64,000 nt of DNA from an uncultured Alphaproteobacteria bacterium. GTDB lineage: Bacteria; Pseudomonadota; Alphaproteobacteria; Rhizobiales; Xanthobacteraceae. The DNA lies in assembly GCA_963706265.1 (NCBI GenBank), contig CAVPLO010000004.1, positions 1,171,458 through 1,235,457 of the forward strand. Reading direction: 5' to 3'. The first letter of the stretch is position 1. Every line of letters begins with the position of its first letter. The notes under the pieces were generated by a model. It had not been told where the DNA came from, ran no database searches, and was given only the letters and a program-made list of their open reading frames with translations. Both the position numbers and the translations under genes were made by a program. This document shows, piece by piece, positions 1-10,340 of the stretch.

Positions 1-1857
1 AGTGGGGCACCAAAATTGTCGATGCCCGCGACCGAGGAAGTCCCCTTGATGCCCGTTCCTGACAGATCGATTTCCAATCCACCAACCACCGAACGGCTTT
101 GCCAGTTGGCGCCGGCCTGGAAGCCGCCGAGGAAGCCCTGTGAATTCACGCCGGACAAGGTAAGCAGCGGCGAGGTCGAGAACAATTCGCTGAAGGGATC
201 GCGGCCCCAGCCATAACCGGCATTCACGCCGATATAAAATCCGCTCCAGTTGAAGATCGCTGCGGCTGGCGGGACCGCTGCCATCGCGTTGTAGGCGGAG
301 CGGTATGCACCGCCCGATCCATCGAACTTGTAGCTGACCCCAGCCTGCACCACGTCGTTGGTCAGGTGACCCGACGTGATCGTGGTGGTGAGACCGCCTC
401 CGGCAGGAATGCTCTGCCCGGAGGCGCCCGAACCGAAGTCGTAATGTAGATATTCGAGCCGGGCGAGCCAGTTGGTATTGGCAATTCTCGCTTCGACACC
501 GGCGCCCACGACCCATCCGAACATCCAGCTTGGGGTGACCGTCGATGTCGTGGTGGGCGGCGGAAATCCGATCAGCGTCCTCACGCTTTCCTGGTCGGAA
601 ACCATGCGCGCCCATCCGGGGCCGCCGGTGCCATAGAGCAGGATGTCCGGGGTGACGAGATATCCAAGGCGCGCCCGCGCCGAGCCGAACCAGTCAAGCT
701 TGTCAGTCTGGCTGCTTTGGTCGAGCACGCCGTTGGCGGTTGTCGAATTCGCCGTCGACCCCTTGATGTCGGAGGCGGATAGATCGATTTCCAATCCGCC
801 CACGATCGGGCCCGATTGCCAGTTGGCGCCGGCCTGGAAGCCGCCGACAAAACCGCTGGAGTCGATACCGAACAACGGTACGGAGTTGACCATCAGATTG
901 TTGAAGGGATCGCGCGTCCATCCATATCCGGCATGCGCGCCGAAATAGAACTCCGCTCCATGACCACGGAAGTGCAGGCGGGGCCGCCTTGTAGACAAGG
1001 GAGGGATTCGGTGAACCACCGCTGCCGCGCGCAAACGGATCCGGGTCGAACTTGTAGGTGATGCCGGCGCGGATCACGTCGGCCGTCAGGCTGCCGGTGG
1101 TCTGGGAGAACAATGTTTGCGAATTCGAGCCGCCGCCCGAATTACCGAAGTCGTAGTGCAGATATTCGAGACGGGCGAGCCAATTGGTGTCGAGCAGACG
1201 GGTCTCGACGCCAAGGCCGGCAACCCACCCGAAGCGCCAACTTGGGGTCGAAATCGTTCCAGCGAGGCTGATGACGCCGGGCGGCGGAATGTTGACCGAG
1301 ACGGTGCTCAAACCGTTGTTATTGACGAAGCGCGTCCACGCGAGCCCACCGGTGCCATAGAGCATGACGTTCGGCGTCACGAGGTAGCCGAGCCGGCCCC
1401 GAGCCGAGCCGAGCATATCGAACGCGCCGGAGTTGGCGGCGGATACCGTGTTGGCGTTGAACGCGCTGGTGGCGCTTCCCGTATTGAACGAAGAACCCTT
1501 GATATCGGTGAACGACAGGTCGCCTTCGAAGCCGGCGACGAAAGCTTTCGACTGCCAGTTATAGCCGGCATGAATGCCACCAAGGCCGCCCTTGGGATCG
1601 AAACCGGTCAAGCCGGCAAAGCCGGGAACCTTGCCGTTGAAAAAGGGATCATTGAAATCGGTCTGTGCGTCGTGGCCCCAGCCATAGCCGCCGTGCCCGC
1701 CAATATAGAACCCACTCCAGCCCCAGGCCACGATGGCCGGCGGGGGCGCCTTGAACGGCAAATCGGCCGCAAGGGCGGGGCCTGCTGCGGTCAGCGCCAA
1801 AACAGCAACGGTCGTGAGCAAATGGCCCTTCAAAACCCGCCCCCGGAAAATCAACAA
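1..1857 (-). CDS. Multi-domain outer-membrane beta-barrel protein (Omp25/RopB-like), at least 3 tandem barrels; one frameshift at ~950; runs off the left edge
   Basis: Signal peptide plus ADLPFKAPP, then WSGFYIGGHGGYGWG...RLEYLHYDFG...GITYKF. After removing one base at 948-953 the frame continues with a second unit (FYFGAHAGYGW...GVSYKF) and a third (WSGFYIGVNAGYGWG). Alternative TTG start at 1833. Confidence 0.85.
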
Positions 1858-2082
1858 TTAAAGCAATCGAGCACTATGCTGCCAAACATATCACTGGAGG
1901 TGTGCCAAGCCTGTTGCACACAAATCACATCGGGCGGGAAATCTCAGCTTGCGATCACGGTCGACGACGCTTCCGATCGATGCGCGCAGACTCGCACGCG
2001 CGCGACAACGACGTTTGCGAAGGCGCGCCGTTGGCCCCGGAAAAATGTGTTGGTTAGACAGCGAAATGCGGGGAAGTGGCAT

Positions 2083-2111
2083 TTGACAATGACTGACTGG
2101 TCAGTCATATT
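2083..2111 (+). promoter_or_regulatory. Sigma70-type promoter with a TetR operator palindrome in the spacer
   Basis: TTGACA (2083-88), 17 bp, CATATT (2106-11); perfect palindrome ATGACTGAC-TG-GTCAGTCAT at 2089-2108. Confidence 0.75.
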
Positions 2112-2117
2112 GAGGGC

Positions 2118-2858
2118 ATGCCAACTACTCGTTCCAATTCCCCAACCGGGACGCCACGGAAGTCCGCGAAATCGCGGGGCGCCCGGCGTGTTTCGAAAGC
2201 TGCCGTGGCGAGCGGGCCGAAGGCCATCTCGGCAGCGGACGACCGGCCGCGCCCACCCAATCGCGCCGAACGCGCCGCCGATCGGCGCCAGGCGATCTTC
2301 GATGCGGCGCTCGACGAGTTCATTGACCGTGGCTATGCGGCAGCGCGGCTGGACGACGTTGCCAGGCGCGCAGGCGTCGCCAAAGGCACGATCTATCTTC
2401 ACTTCAAGGACAAGCAGGCGCTGTTTGAGGAACTGGTGCGATCGGCGCTGCTGCCGCTGATCGGCCGTCTTGTCGCGCCCCCACCGGCGGGTGGATCGGT
2501 CCGTGCGGTATTGGAAAGTTTTGCCGAGAACTTCGCGACGGAGATTGTTGCGACACGCCGAAGCGCCATCGTTCGCCTGATCATGGCCGAAGGTCCGCGT
2601 TTTCCGGATATTGCCGATTTTTATTATCGCGAGGTTGTTTCACGCGGGCTCGCGGGGATGCGCGCGCTGATCGAACTTGCAATCGCAAGGGGCGAAATCC
2701 GCGCGTCAGGACTGAAGGATTTTCCGCAGATCGTGGTGGCGCCGGCGATGGTGGCAGTGATCTGGCAGGGGCTGTTCGCCCGCCACGCGCCGCTCGACGC
2801 GGCTGCCATGCTTCGCGTCCATCTCGATTTGATCTTTGGCGAACGGAGGGCGGCATGA
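2118..2858 (+). CDS. TetR/AcrR family transcriptional regulator
   Basis: IFDAALDEFIDRGYAAARLDDVARRAGVAKGTIYLHF HTH; ATGA overlap with the next gene. Confidence 0.92.
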   Translation: MPTTRSNSPTGTPRKSAKSRGARRVSKAAVASGPKAISAADDRPRPPNRAERAADRRQAIFDAALDEFIDRGYAAARLDDVARRAGVAKGTIYLHFKDKQALFEELVRSALLPLIGRLVAPPPAGGSVRAVLESFAENFATEIVATRRSAIVRLIMAEGPRFPDIADFYYREVVSRGLAGMRALIELAIARGEIRASGLKDFPQIVVAPAMVAVIWQGLFARHAPLDAAAMLRVHLDLIFGERRAA

Positions 2859-3643
2859 AGCTGTTCAACGCTGTGTGGCGAAATCCGATGATTCTCGCGC
2901 TCATGGTCGTGCTTTCCGGATGCAACGCACCTCGCGATCCCGGTTACCAGGGTTGGGTCGAGGCCGACATGATCTTCGTCAGTCCTGACGAATCCGGGCG
3001 CGTGACCAGGCTCGACGTGCGCGAGGGCGATGAAGTCAAGATCGGCGATCGGCTTTACTCGGTCGACGATGATTTACAGCAAGCAAATCTCAACCAGAAC
3101 AAGGCGACGCTCGCCAACGCCCAGCAGAGCTATGATCGCGCCTTTTCGTTGAGCAAGACGGGATCCGGCACGCAGGCAACTCTGGACTCGGCGGTCTCGG
3201 CGTTGCGCGTCGCCGAAGCACAGGTCGCGACATCGCAGACGCGGCTCGCGCGGCGCATCGGCTATGCGCCGATCGCGGGCGCCGTGCAGCAGATTTACTT
3301 TCGCGAGGGCGAGACCGTGCCGGCACAACGGCCCATGCTGTCGATCATGCCGCCCGGCAATATGAAGGTGCGCTTCTATGTTCCGGAAGGTGATTTACCC
3401 AAGCTTGCGATCGGCGATGAGGTCAAGGTCGCTTGCGACAACTGCTCGCCGGATTTGACCGCGAGAATCTACTTCATCGCGACGGCCGCGGAATATACCC
3501 CGCCGGTGATCTATAGCCTCGATGAACGCAACAAGCTGGTCTACCTGGTGCAGGCGCGGCCCTCGCATCCAGACGCCTTGCGGGTCGGGCAGCCGATCAG
3601 CGTGTTCCTGAGCGCCAAGACGCCGGTCGCAGACAAGCGATGA
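2855..3643 (+). CDS. HlyD-family efflux periplasmic adaptor (YbhG-like lipoprotein)
   Basis: Lipobox LSGC; GWVEAD, VREGDEVK, AEYTPPVIYS motifs. Confidence 0.88.
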   Translation: MKLFNAVWRNPMILALMVVLSGCNAPRDPGYQGWVEADMIFVSPDESGRVTRLDVREGDEVKIGDRLYSVDDDLQQANLNQNKATLANAQQSYDRAFSLSKTGSGTQATLDSAVSALRVAEAQVATSQTRLARRIGYAPIAGAVQQIYFREGETVPAQRPMLSIMPPGNMKVRFYVPEGDLPKLAIGDEVKVACDNCSPDLTARIYFIATAAEYTPPVIYSLDERNKLVYLVQARPSHPDALRVGQPISVFLSAKTPVADKR

Positions 3644-4584
3644 CGGCCATGACGGCATCCAGTTCCGATATTGCGATCGATGTTCACGGGCTTTCGAAGT
3701 CCTTCGACGGCCATGAGGTGGTGCATGACCTCAGCATGCAGGTGAAGCGGGGCTCCATCTACGGATTCCTCGGACCCAACGGCAGCGGCAAGACCACGAC
3801 CATCCGCATGCTCTGCGGGCTGCTGACGCCCGACAGCGGCGAAGGAAGGTGCCTCGGTTACGATATCCGGCGCGACGCCGACAGGATCAAGCGCCGGGTC
3901 GGCTACATGACCCAGCGTTTCTCGCTGTATCAGGACTTGTCGGTCCTGGAAAACCTGGAATTCGTCGCCCGGCTTTATGGCATGCAGGATCCGCGCGTCG
4001 CCGCGCGCGAGATGATCAAGCGCCTCGGCCTGAACGGCCGCGAGGCGCAGCTCGCGGGCGAACTTTCCGGAGGCTGGAAGCAGCGGCTGGCGCTTGGCGC
4101 CTGTACCCTGCCGAGCCCGCAACTTCTGCTTCTCGACGAGCCAACCGCGGGCGTCGATCCAAAGGCGCGGCGCGATTTCTGGAACGAGATCCACGCGCTC
4201 GCGGCCGAAGGGCTCACCGTTCTGGTCTCGACCCATTACATGGACGAGGCCGAGCGATGCCACGAGATCGCCTATATCGCCTATGGTCACCTGCTCACGC
4301 ACGGCACGGTGGAGGAAGTGATCGCACGATCGGCGCTGTCGACCTACACAGTCACCGGCGACGACCTCCATGTCGTGCAGGAACAACTCGCAGGCCAGTC
4401 GGGCATCGACATGATTGCGCCGTTCGGCACCAGCCTGCACGTGTCCGGGCGCGACCGCGCGGCGCTTGAGGCCAGTATAGCGCCCTGGCGCAAACGAGAG
4501 AATTTGCACTGGGAAGCCAGCGAGCCATCGCTGGAGGACGTGTTCATAGAACTGATGACGCGCTCGAAGGATAACTTCCAATGA
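3640..4584 (+). CDS. ABC transporter ATP-binding protein
   Basis: GPNGSGKT Walker A, LSGGWKQR signature, LLLDEP Walker B. Confidence 0.93.
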   Translation: MTAMTASSSDIAIDVHGLSKSFDGHEVVHDLSMQVKRGSIYGFLGPNGSGKTTTIRMLCGLLTPDSGEGRCLGYDIRRDADRIKRRVGYMTQRFSLYQDLSVLENLEFVARLYGMQDPRVAAREMIKRLGLNGREAQLAGELSGGWKQRLALGACTLPSPQLLLLDEPTAGVDPKARRDFWNEIHALAAEGLTVLVSTHYMDEAERCHEIAYIAYGHLLTHGTVEEVIARSALSTYTVTGDDLHVVQEQLAGQSGIDMIAPFGTSLHVSGRDRAALEASIAPWRKRENLHWEASEPSLEDVFIELMTRSKDNFQ

Positions 4585-5747
4585 GTACGACGGGCGCGAC
4601 AGGCCATCAGGACGAGGTTCGGGAGCCACGTTTCGGCTTCTTGCGGCGCTGCTATGCGATGATGGTCAAGGAATTCATTCAGCTTCGGCGCGACCGCGTC
4701 TCCTTCGCCATGATCGTGATGATTCCGGTGATGCAGCTTTTGCTGTTTGGTTACGCGATCAATACCACCCCGCACTATCTCCCCACCGCGGTGCTCTTGC
4801 AGGAAGACAGCGACCTCGGCCGCTCGATCCTCAAGGCGCTGGAAAACACCGCCTATTTTCGCTTCGTGCGCGAGGTGCATGATGTCGGCGAGTTCGACGA
4901 CCTTCTGACCTCGGGCAAGGTGCTGTTCGGCGTGGAAATCCCGCGCGGCTTCGAGCGCGCGGTGCGCCGCGGCGATTATCCAGCGCTATTGGTCGCGGCC
5001 GACGCCACCGATCCGATTGCGGCCAGTTCAGCGCTTTCGTCGCTCGGCGTGATCGTCCAGACTGCATTGTCGCATGATCTATTTACAGGCGATCCGCCGG
5101 TGATGCCCTTCGAGATCAGGGCGCATGCGCGCTACAATCCGGCAGCTTCCTCACGTCTGAATATCGTGCCGGGTCTCGTCGGCACCATCCTTACCATGAC
5201 CATGCTGATCTTCACTGCGCTGTCGGTGACGCGCGAGGTCGAACGCGGCACGATGGAGAGCCTGTTGTCGATGCCGATCAAGCCGGTCGAGGTCATGCTC
5301 GGCAAGATCGTGCCATACGTCCTGGTCGGATTCATCCAGGCCGCGCTGATCATCGGTATCGGCGTGCTGTTGTTTGGAGTGCCGGTGCGCGGCAGCCTGA
5401 TCATGCTGGCGTTGCTCTCGACCCTGTTCATCACAGCCAATCTTTCCATCGGCTATACTTTTTCCACCGTCGCGCAAAACCAGCTTCAGGCGATGCAGAT
5501 GTCGATCATGTTCTTTCTGCCGAGCATACTGTTGTCCGGCTTCATGTTTCCGTTTCTCGGCATGCCGGTCTGGGCGCAATATGTCGGCGAGGCTCTGCCG
5601 TTGACGCATTACTTGCGCATCGTTCGCGCCATCATGCTCAAGGGCGCTGCGCTGCAAAACCTTGACTACGATGCGGTGGTGCTGGTTCTGCTGACGTTGT
5701 TCGCGATGACGATCGCGGTGCTGCGCTTCCGCCGCACGCTCGACTGA
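4581..5747 (+). CDS. ABC-2 type transporter permease (YbhR/S-like)
   Basis: KEFIQLRRD start, REVERGTME motif, multiple TM helices. Confidence 0.9.
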   Translation: MSTTGATGHQDEVREPRFGFLRRCYAMMVKEFIQLRRDRVSFAMIVMIPVMQLLLFGYAINTTPHYLPTAVLLQEDSDLGRSILKALENTAYFRFVREVHDVGEFDDLLTSGKVLFGVEIPRGFERAVRRGDYPALLVAADATDPIAASSALSSLGVIVQTALSHDLFTGDPPVMPFEIRAHARYNPAASSRLNIVPGLVGTILTMTMLIFTALSVTREVERGTMESLLSMPIKPVEVMLGKIVPYVLVGFIQAALIIGIGVLLFGVPVRGSLIMLALLSTLFITANLSIGYTFSTVAQNQLQAMQMSIMFFLPSILLSGFMFPFLGMPVWAQYVGEALPLTHYLRIVRAIMLKGAALQNLDYDAVVLVLLTLFAMTIAVLRFRRTLD

Positions 5748-5785
5748 CGCGAGGCGACGAAGGGCAGGGTGACAAGGCTAGGTCG

Positions 5786-6247
5786 TCAGACCTGCCGTGC
5801 CGCCAGGTTCTCGATCTTGACGGCGTCGCGCTCCTCGATGATTTCGGCAATCCATCGCCGGTGACAATGCTGGTGGTCGCGCTCGTAGCAGAGAATGCAG
5901 ACCGGGCCTGATTTCTTCACCAGCGCCGACAACTCGTCGAGTTCTTCTTTCGCTTGCGCTGTCTTGAGGTGCTTCGAATAGATTTTTTGCAAGTTTTCAT
6001 ATTGGCCGGCGCGCGCGGCCAGCCGCCCGTCCTTCGGAGTGCCGAGCCCACGCAGATGCACGTAGGAGATGCCACGTTCATCGAGGCCCGCGGCCAACTG
6101 GCTCTTGGAAAAACCCGGTCGGCGCGAAGAGGCGACAGCGCGCACATCCACGAGCAATTTCACGCCGGCATGTTCGAGCTCGTCGAGCACCGATTTGGCC
6201 GGCGTCTGCTCATAGCCGATGGTGAAGAGTTTTTTCGACCGCGCCAC
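5786..6247 (-). CDS. DUF488 family protein
   Basis: LFTIGYE, LVDVR, LCYERD...CHR motifs. Confidence 0.85.
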   Translation of the reverse strand: MARSKKLFTIGYEQTPAKSVLDELEHAGVKLLVDVRAVASSRRPGFSKSQLAAGLDERGISYVHLRGLGTPKDGRLAARAGQYENLQKIYSKHLKTAQAKEELDELSALVKKSGPVCILCYERDHQHCHRRWIAEIIEERDAVKIENLAARQV

Positions 6248-6266
6248 GTTCTTGAACCCGATCTCG

Positions 6267-7121
6267 CTAGCTCACGCGCGCGATCAACTCCATCGCGCCG
6301 GCAGGTGCGCGAATCTTGCCCTCGTGGATCACATAGGCAAAGACATCGCGCGGGGCTTTTTTCGCCTTCGCGGAATCAACGCGAGGCAGATCGTCGGGTT
6401 CGCCGCCCTCGGCCCATAATTGCAGCCGCTTGGCCCAGGCGTCTAACTGCTTCGGCGGATAACAGGTCTTGATCTCGTCGTCGCCCTTTTGCAGCCGCGC
6501 ATAGACGAAGTCGCTGGCGACGTCCGAAATTGCCGGATATTTGCCGTGCTCGGCAAACACCACTGGCGTTTCGAATTTTCGGATCAGCGCCACGAAGTCC
6601 GGCGCGCAAAAGCTGTCGTGGCGGACCTCGACCACATGCCGCAAGTGGCGGCCGTCGAGTTCGCGCGGCAACAGTTCGAGGAACTTGCCGAAGTCCGCTT
6701 CGTCGAATTTCTTGGTCGGCGCGAATTGCCAGAGCACGGGGCCGAGACGATCGCCGAGTTCGAGCACGCCGGAATCGTAAAATCGCTTCACGGAGTCGCC
6801 GGCTTCCGCGAGCACGCGGCGGTTGGTGGCAAACCGCGGCCCTTTCAACGAGAATACAAAGCCGTCGGGCACCTCGCGCGCCCATTTGCGAAAACTCTCC
6901 GGCTTCTGCGAGCCGTAATAGGTGCCGTTGATCTCGATCGAGGTGAGTTTCGAGGCCGCGTATTGCAGCTCTTTCGCCTGGGCGAGTTTTTCCGGGTAAA
7001 ACACCCCGCGCCAGGGCTCGAACGTCCAGCCGCCGACGCCGATGAAGATCCGGCCAGATTTCGCAGCGGCGGCTTTGGAGGCGGGGGCTTTGGTCACTGG
7101 ACTATTCTCGCTCTCGAACAT
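6267..7121 (-). CDS. DUF72 family protein
   Basis: IGVGGWTFEPWRGVFYP, IEINGTYY, LWQFAP, VEVRHDSF. Confidence 0.88.
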   Translation of the reverse strand: MFESENSPVTKAPASKAAAAKSGRIFIGVGGWTFEPWRGVFYPEKLAQAKELQYAASKLTSIEINGTYYGSQKPESFRKWAREVPDGFVFSLKGPRFATNRRVLAEAGDSVKRFYDSGVLELGDRLGPVLWQFAPTKKFDEADFGKFLELLPRELDGRHLRHVVEVRHDSFCAPDFVALIRKFETPVVFAEHGKYPAISDVASDFVYARLQKGDDEIKTCYPPKQLDAWAKRLQLWAEGGEPDDLPRVDSAKAKKAPRDVFAYVIHEGKIRAPAGAMELIARVS

Positions 7122-7401
7122 GCGGATGAGACCTCAGCGTAGTCAAACCGCTTCGGGTTGGCCAGTTTGTGTGAAGTGCTCGGGTACCCCCCTTGAAAAG
7201 CGGCGGAGGGTTCCTATTTGGTCTCTAACGGCGACGTTGATGCTTCATAGCTCCGGCGCTGGGACGACCACGCAATAGCTCGGCTGCGCCGGATGTACGC
7301 GCGCCAACCTGTTGGTGGTCGTTGGCATTTCTGGGGGTGCTTTGGCCTCCGTCCAGCGGTTCCCTTGGCTCCCCTCCGACGATCGGATATACGCTGGCGT
7401 C

Positions 7402-8535
7402 ATGCTTGACGCTTCACAAACGGGGTTCGGGAGTCCAACTCAAGCCGTTGGTTTACCTCAGCTTTCCGTCATCATTCCGACCTTCAACGAGCGCGACAAT
7501 GTGGTCACGCTGTTTCGGCGGCTGGAAAAGGCGCTGCTCGGTATCGCCTTTGAGGCCGTTTTCGTCGACGACAACTCTCCCGACGGCACCTGGGAGATCC
7601 TTCGCGAACTGTCACGGGAGGACGGCCGGGTCCGCTGCATCCGACGGATCGGACGGCGCGGCCTGTCCGGCGCCTGCATTGAAGGCATTCTGGCCTCGAG
7701 CGCGCCCTGCGCCGTGGTGATTGATGCCGACTTGCAACATGACGAGACCCAGTTGCCGAAAATGCTCGCGCTTCTTCAGGGCGGCGAATTCGATCTCGTG
7801 ATCGGCAGCCGCTACATCGAGGGCGGCAGCGCGGAAAGTTTCAATCGGCACCGGGCGGGCGCAAGCGCGCTAGCGACCGAGGTCGCCAAACGCGTGCTGA
7901 GGGTTGAGATCGCCGATCCCATGAGCGGCTTCTTCATGATCCGACGCGACCGTTTCGAAGCGCTGGCGCCGCAATTGTCGACGCAGGGCTTCAAAATTTT
8001 GCTCGATGTCGTGGCGACCGCCCACGGCGATCTTCGCGTGACGGAAATTCCCTATACGTTCGGCTCGCGGCTGCATGGCGAGAGCAAGCTCGATTCCATG
8101 GTGGCGCTGGACTTCCTGGGTCTCGTGCTCGCCAAAGTCACCAACGATATCGTCTCGCTGCGCTTTCTTATGTTTGCGATGGTCGGCTCGCTCGGGCTTG
8201 TGGTGCATTTCGCCGCACTCTACACGGCGCTCGAGATTTTCCGCTTTCCGTTCACGGAGGCGCAGGCCTGCGGCGCGGTTTGCGCCATGACCAGCAACTT
8301 CATCCTCAACAATTTCCTGACCTATCGCGACCAGCGGCTGAAAGGTTTTGCGATCCTGCGCGGCCTGCTGTTGTTTTATCTGGTTTGCAGCGTTGGCCTC
8401 TTTGCCAATGTCGGCGTCGCCTTCTCGGTCTACGACCAGCAGCCGATCTGGTGGCTGGCGGGAGCGGCAGGCGCCTTGATGGGCGTGGTCTGGAATTATG
8501 CGATGTCCGGATTGTTCGTCTGGCGCAAACGATGA
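7402..8535 (+). CDS. GT2 polyprenol-phosphate glycosyltransferase with C-terminal GtrA flippase domain
   Basis: IIPTFNE, VDDNSPDGT, DADLQH, DPMSGF; hydrophobic GtrA-like C-terminus. Confidence 0.88.
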   Translation: MLDASQTGFGSPTQAVGLPQLSVIIPTFNERDNVVTLFRRLEKALLGIAFEAVFVDDNSPDGTWEILRELSREDGRVRCIRRIGRRGLSGACIEGILASSAPCAVVIDADLQHDETQLPKMLALLQGGEFDLVIGSRYIEGGSAESFNRHRAGASALATEVAKRVLRVEIADPMSGFFMIRRDRFEALAPQLSTQGFKILLDVVATAHGDLRVTEIPYTFGSRLHGESKLDSMVALDFLGLVLAKVTNDIVSLRFLMFAMVGSLGLVVHFAALYTALEIFRFPFTEAQACGAVCAMTSNFILNNFLTYRDQRLKGFAILRGLLLFYLVCSVGLFANVGVAFSVYDQQPIWWLAGAAGALMGVVWNYAMSGLFVWRKR

Positions 8536-8542
8536 TCTATCC

Positions 8543-10039
8543 ATGAGCGAGACGCGGCTTGTCCGCAATACCGTACTCACGGTCGCAGCCCTCGTACTGC
8601 TGCGGCTGGTTGGGGCGGCCTGGACGCCACTGACCTTCGACGAAGCCTATTACTGGATCTGGTCGAAGCATCTTGCCTTCGGCTATTACGATCATCCGCC
8701 GGGCGTGGCGCTCGTGATCCGCCTCGGCACCATGATCGCCGGCGACACCGAGTTTGGCGTGCGGTTGGTGTCAATCCTGCTGGCGCTGCCGATGAGTTTT
8801 GCGGTCTACCGCACGGCCGAGATTCTGTTCGGCGGCCAGCGCGTGGCGGCGACCGCGACCATTCTCCTCAACGTCACCTTGATGGCGGCGGTCGGCACGC
8901 TGATCGTGACGCCGGATTCGCCTTTGCTGGTCGCCTCCAGCTTCGTACTGTTTTTTCTCGCCAAGGTGCTGGAGAGCGGCCGCGGCGCCTGGTGGCTCGC
9001 GGTTGGCGCCGCCGCAGGCGCGGCGCTGGCGTCGAAATACACCGCGATGTTCTTCGGGCCTGCGATCCTGATCTGGCTGATCAGTTCACCCAAGCTTCGG
9101 ACTTGGCTGATTTCACCCTGGCTCTATCTCGGCGGGCTGGTCGCGCTGATCGTCTTTGCTCCTGTCATTCTCTGGAACGCCGATCACCACTGGGTTTCCT
9201 TCATCAAGCAGCTTGGCCGCTCGGAAGTCGTCGATTTCAAGCCGGGCTTTATCGGCGAATTGATTCCGACCCAGATCGCCTTTGCGACGCCGCTGGTTTT
9301 CATTCTCGGCGCGATGGGGCTCTACGCGTTGGCGCGGCGCGAGGGCGGCGCGCTCACCGCCCGCGCGCTGATCAACGCGATGTTCTGGACCATCACGCTC
9401 TATTTCCTCTGGCATTCGCTGCATGCCCGCGTCGAGGCAAACTGGTTTGCTCCGGTCTATCCGGCCTTTGCGATCGCGGCCGCTGTGGCCGCCAATCTCA
9501 CGCGATGGGAGCGGCATGCCCAACGCGTCGTGAATGTTTGCCTGCGCTGGGCTTCGCCGGTCGGCATCCTGATGTTCGCGGCCCTGATCGTCCAGGCCGA
9601 TACCGGCGTGCTCACCGGATTTCGTCGCGATGCGACCGTACGCAGCGTCGGCGTTGGCTGGCAGCGGCTCGCCGCCGAAATCGAGGCAACACGCGCGCGT
9701 GTTGGCGCGACGTGCGTGCTGGCGCCTGATTACGGCACCGCGAGCTGGCTGACGTTTTATCTGCCGAAAGAGACCTGCGTGATACAGCCGACGCAACGCA
9801 TCCGTTGGGTCAACATGGCCGCGCCCGATCCCGCAAAATTGTCGGGCAAGCTTCTGTGGGTCGATGAGGTGCGTTCCGCGATCCAGCCTTACGTCGCGGA
9901 GACCTTCACGAAGGTCGAGCGGGTAGGTGAGTTCAAGCGCATGCGCGGACCGCTCGTGATCGAAACCTATGGGCTTGATCTGCTCGATGGCGCCAAGCGT
10001 CCGGTGCTCGACAATTCGCCACGGCCGGAATTGCAATAG
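8543..10039 (+). CDS. GT39/GT83 (ArnT/PMT-like) membrane glycosyltransferase
   Basis: DEAYYWIWSKHLAFGYYDHPP, TPDSPL, SKYT motifs; many TM helices. Confidence 0.85.
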   Translation: MSETRLVRNTVLTVAALVLLRLVGAAWTPLTFDEAYYWIWSKHLAFGYYDHPPGVALVIRLGTMIAGDTEFGVRLVSILLALPMSFAVYRTAEILFGGQRVAATATILLNVTLMAAVGTLIVTPDSPLLVASSFVLFFLAKVLESGRGAWWLAVGAAAGAALASKYTAMFFGPAILIWLISSPKLRTWLISPWLYLGGLVALIVFAPVILWNADHHWVSFIKQLGRSEVVDFKPGFIGELIPTQIAFATPLVFILGAMGLYALARREGGALTARALINAMFWTITLYFLWHSLHARVEANWFAPVYPAFAIAAAVAANLTRWERHAQRVVNVCLRWASPVGILMFAALIVQADTGVLTGFRRDATVRSVGVGWQRLAAEIEATRARVGATCVLAPDYGTASWLTFYLPKETCVIQPTQRIRWVNMAAPDPAKLSGKLLWVDEVRSAIQPYVAETFTKVERVGEFKRMRGPLVIETYGLDLLDGAKRPVLDNSPRPELQ

Positions 10040-10163
10040 CGCGTTCAACCCGGCAAAAAATGGCGGATTCAAGGACGGCGAATTGCGAATTGCCCCGGTA
10101 GCTTACGGACTAAATTGCCGCAAATCCGTCTCAAAATGAGACTGCCTTACAACTGCCCAGCAC

Positions 10164-10179
10164 TTAATCCCCATTTAAC
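10164..10179 (+). promoter_or_regulatory. CtrA-binding consensus
   Basis: TTAA-tccccat-TTAAC matches TTAA-N7-TTAAC. Confidence 0.6.
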
Positions 10180-10340
10180 TAAAAGTTGCCTTAATGACGC
10201 TCCGCGCCTCTGCGAAACGCTGTCGACGTAATTCGGCGGACGATCGCGCATTGGCCGCCGTTCGGAGGTGCCCTCGCCGTGCACCTCTTCGAACGGCGGT
10301 TAAGGGGGAACGAGGTGGAATCAGTCCGGATGCAAGGCGA

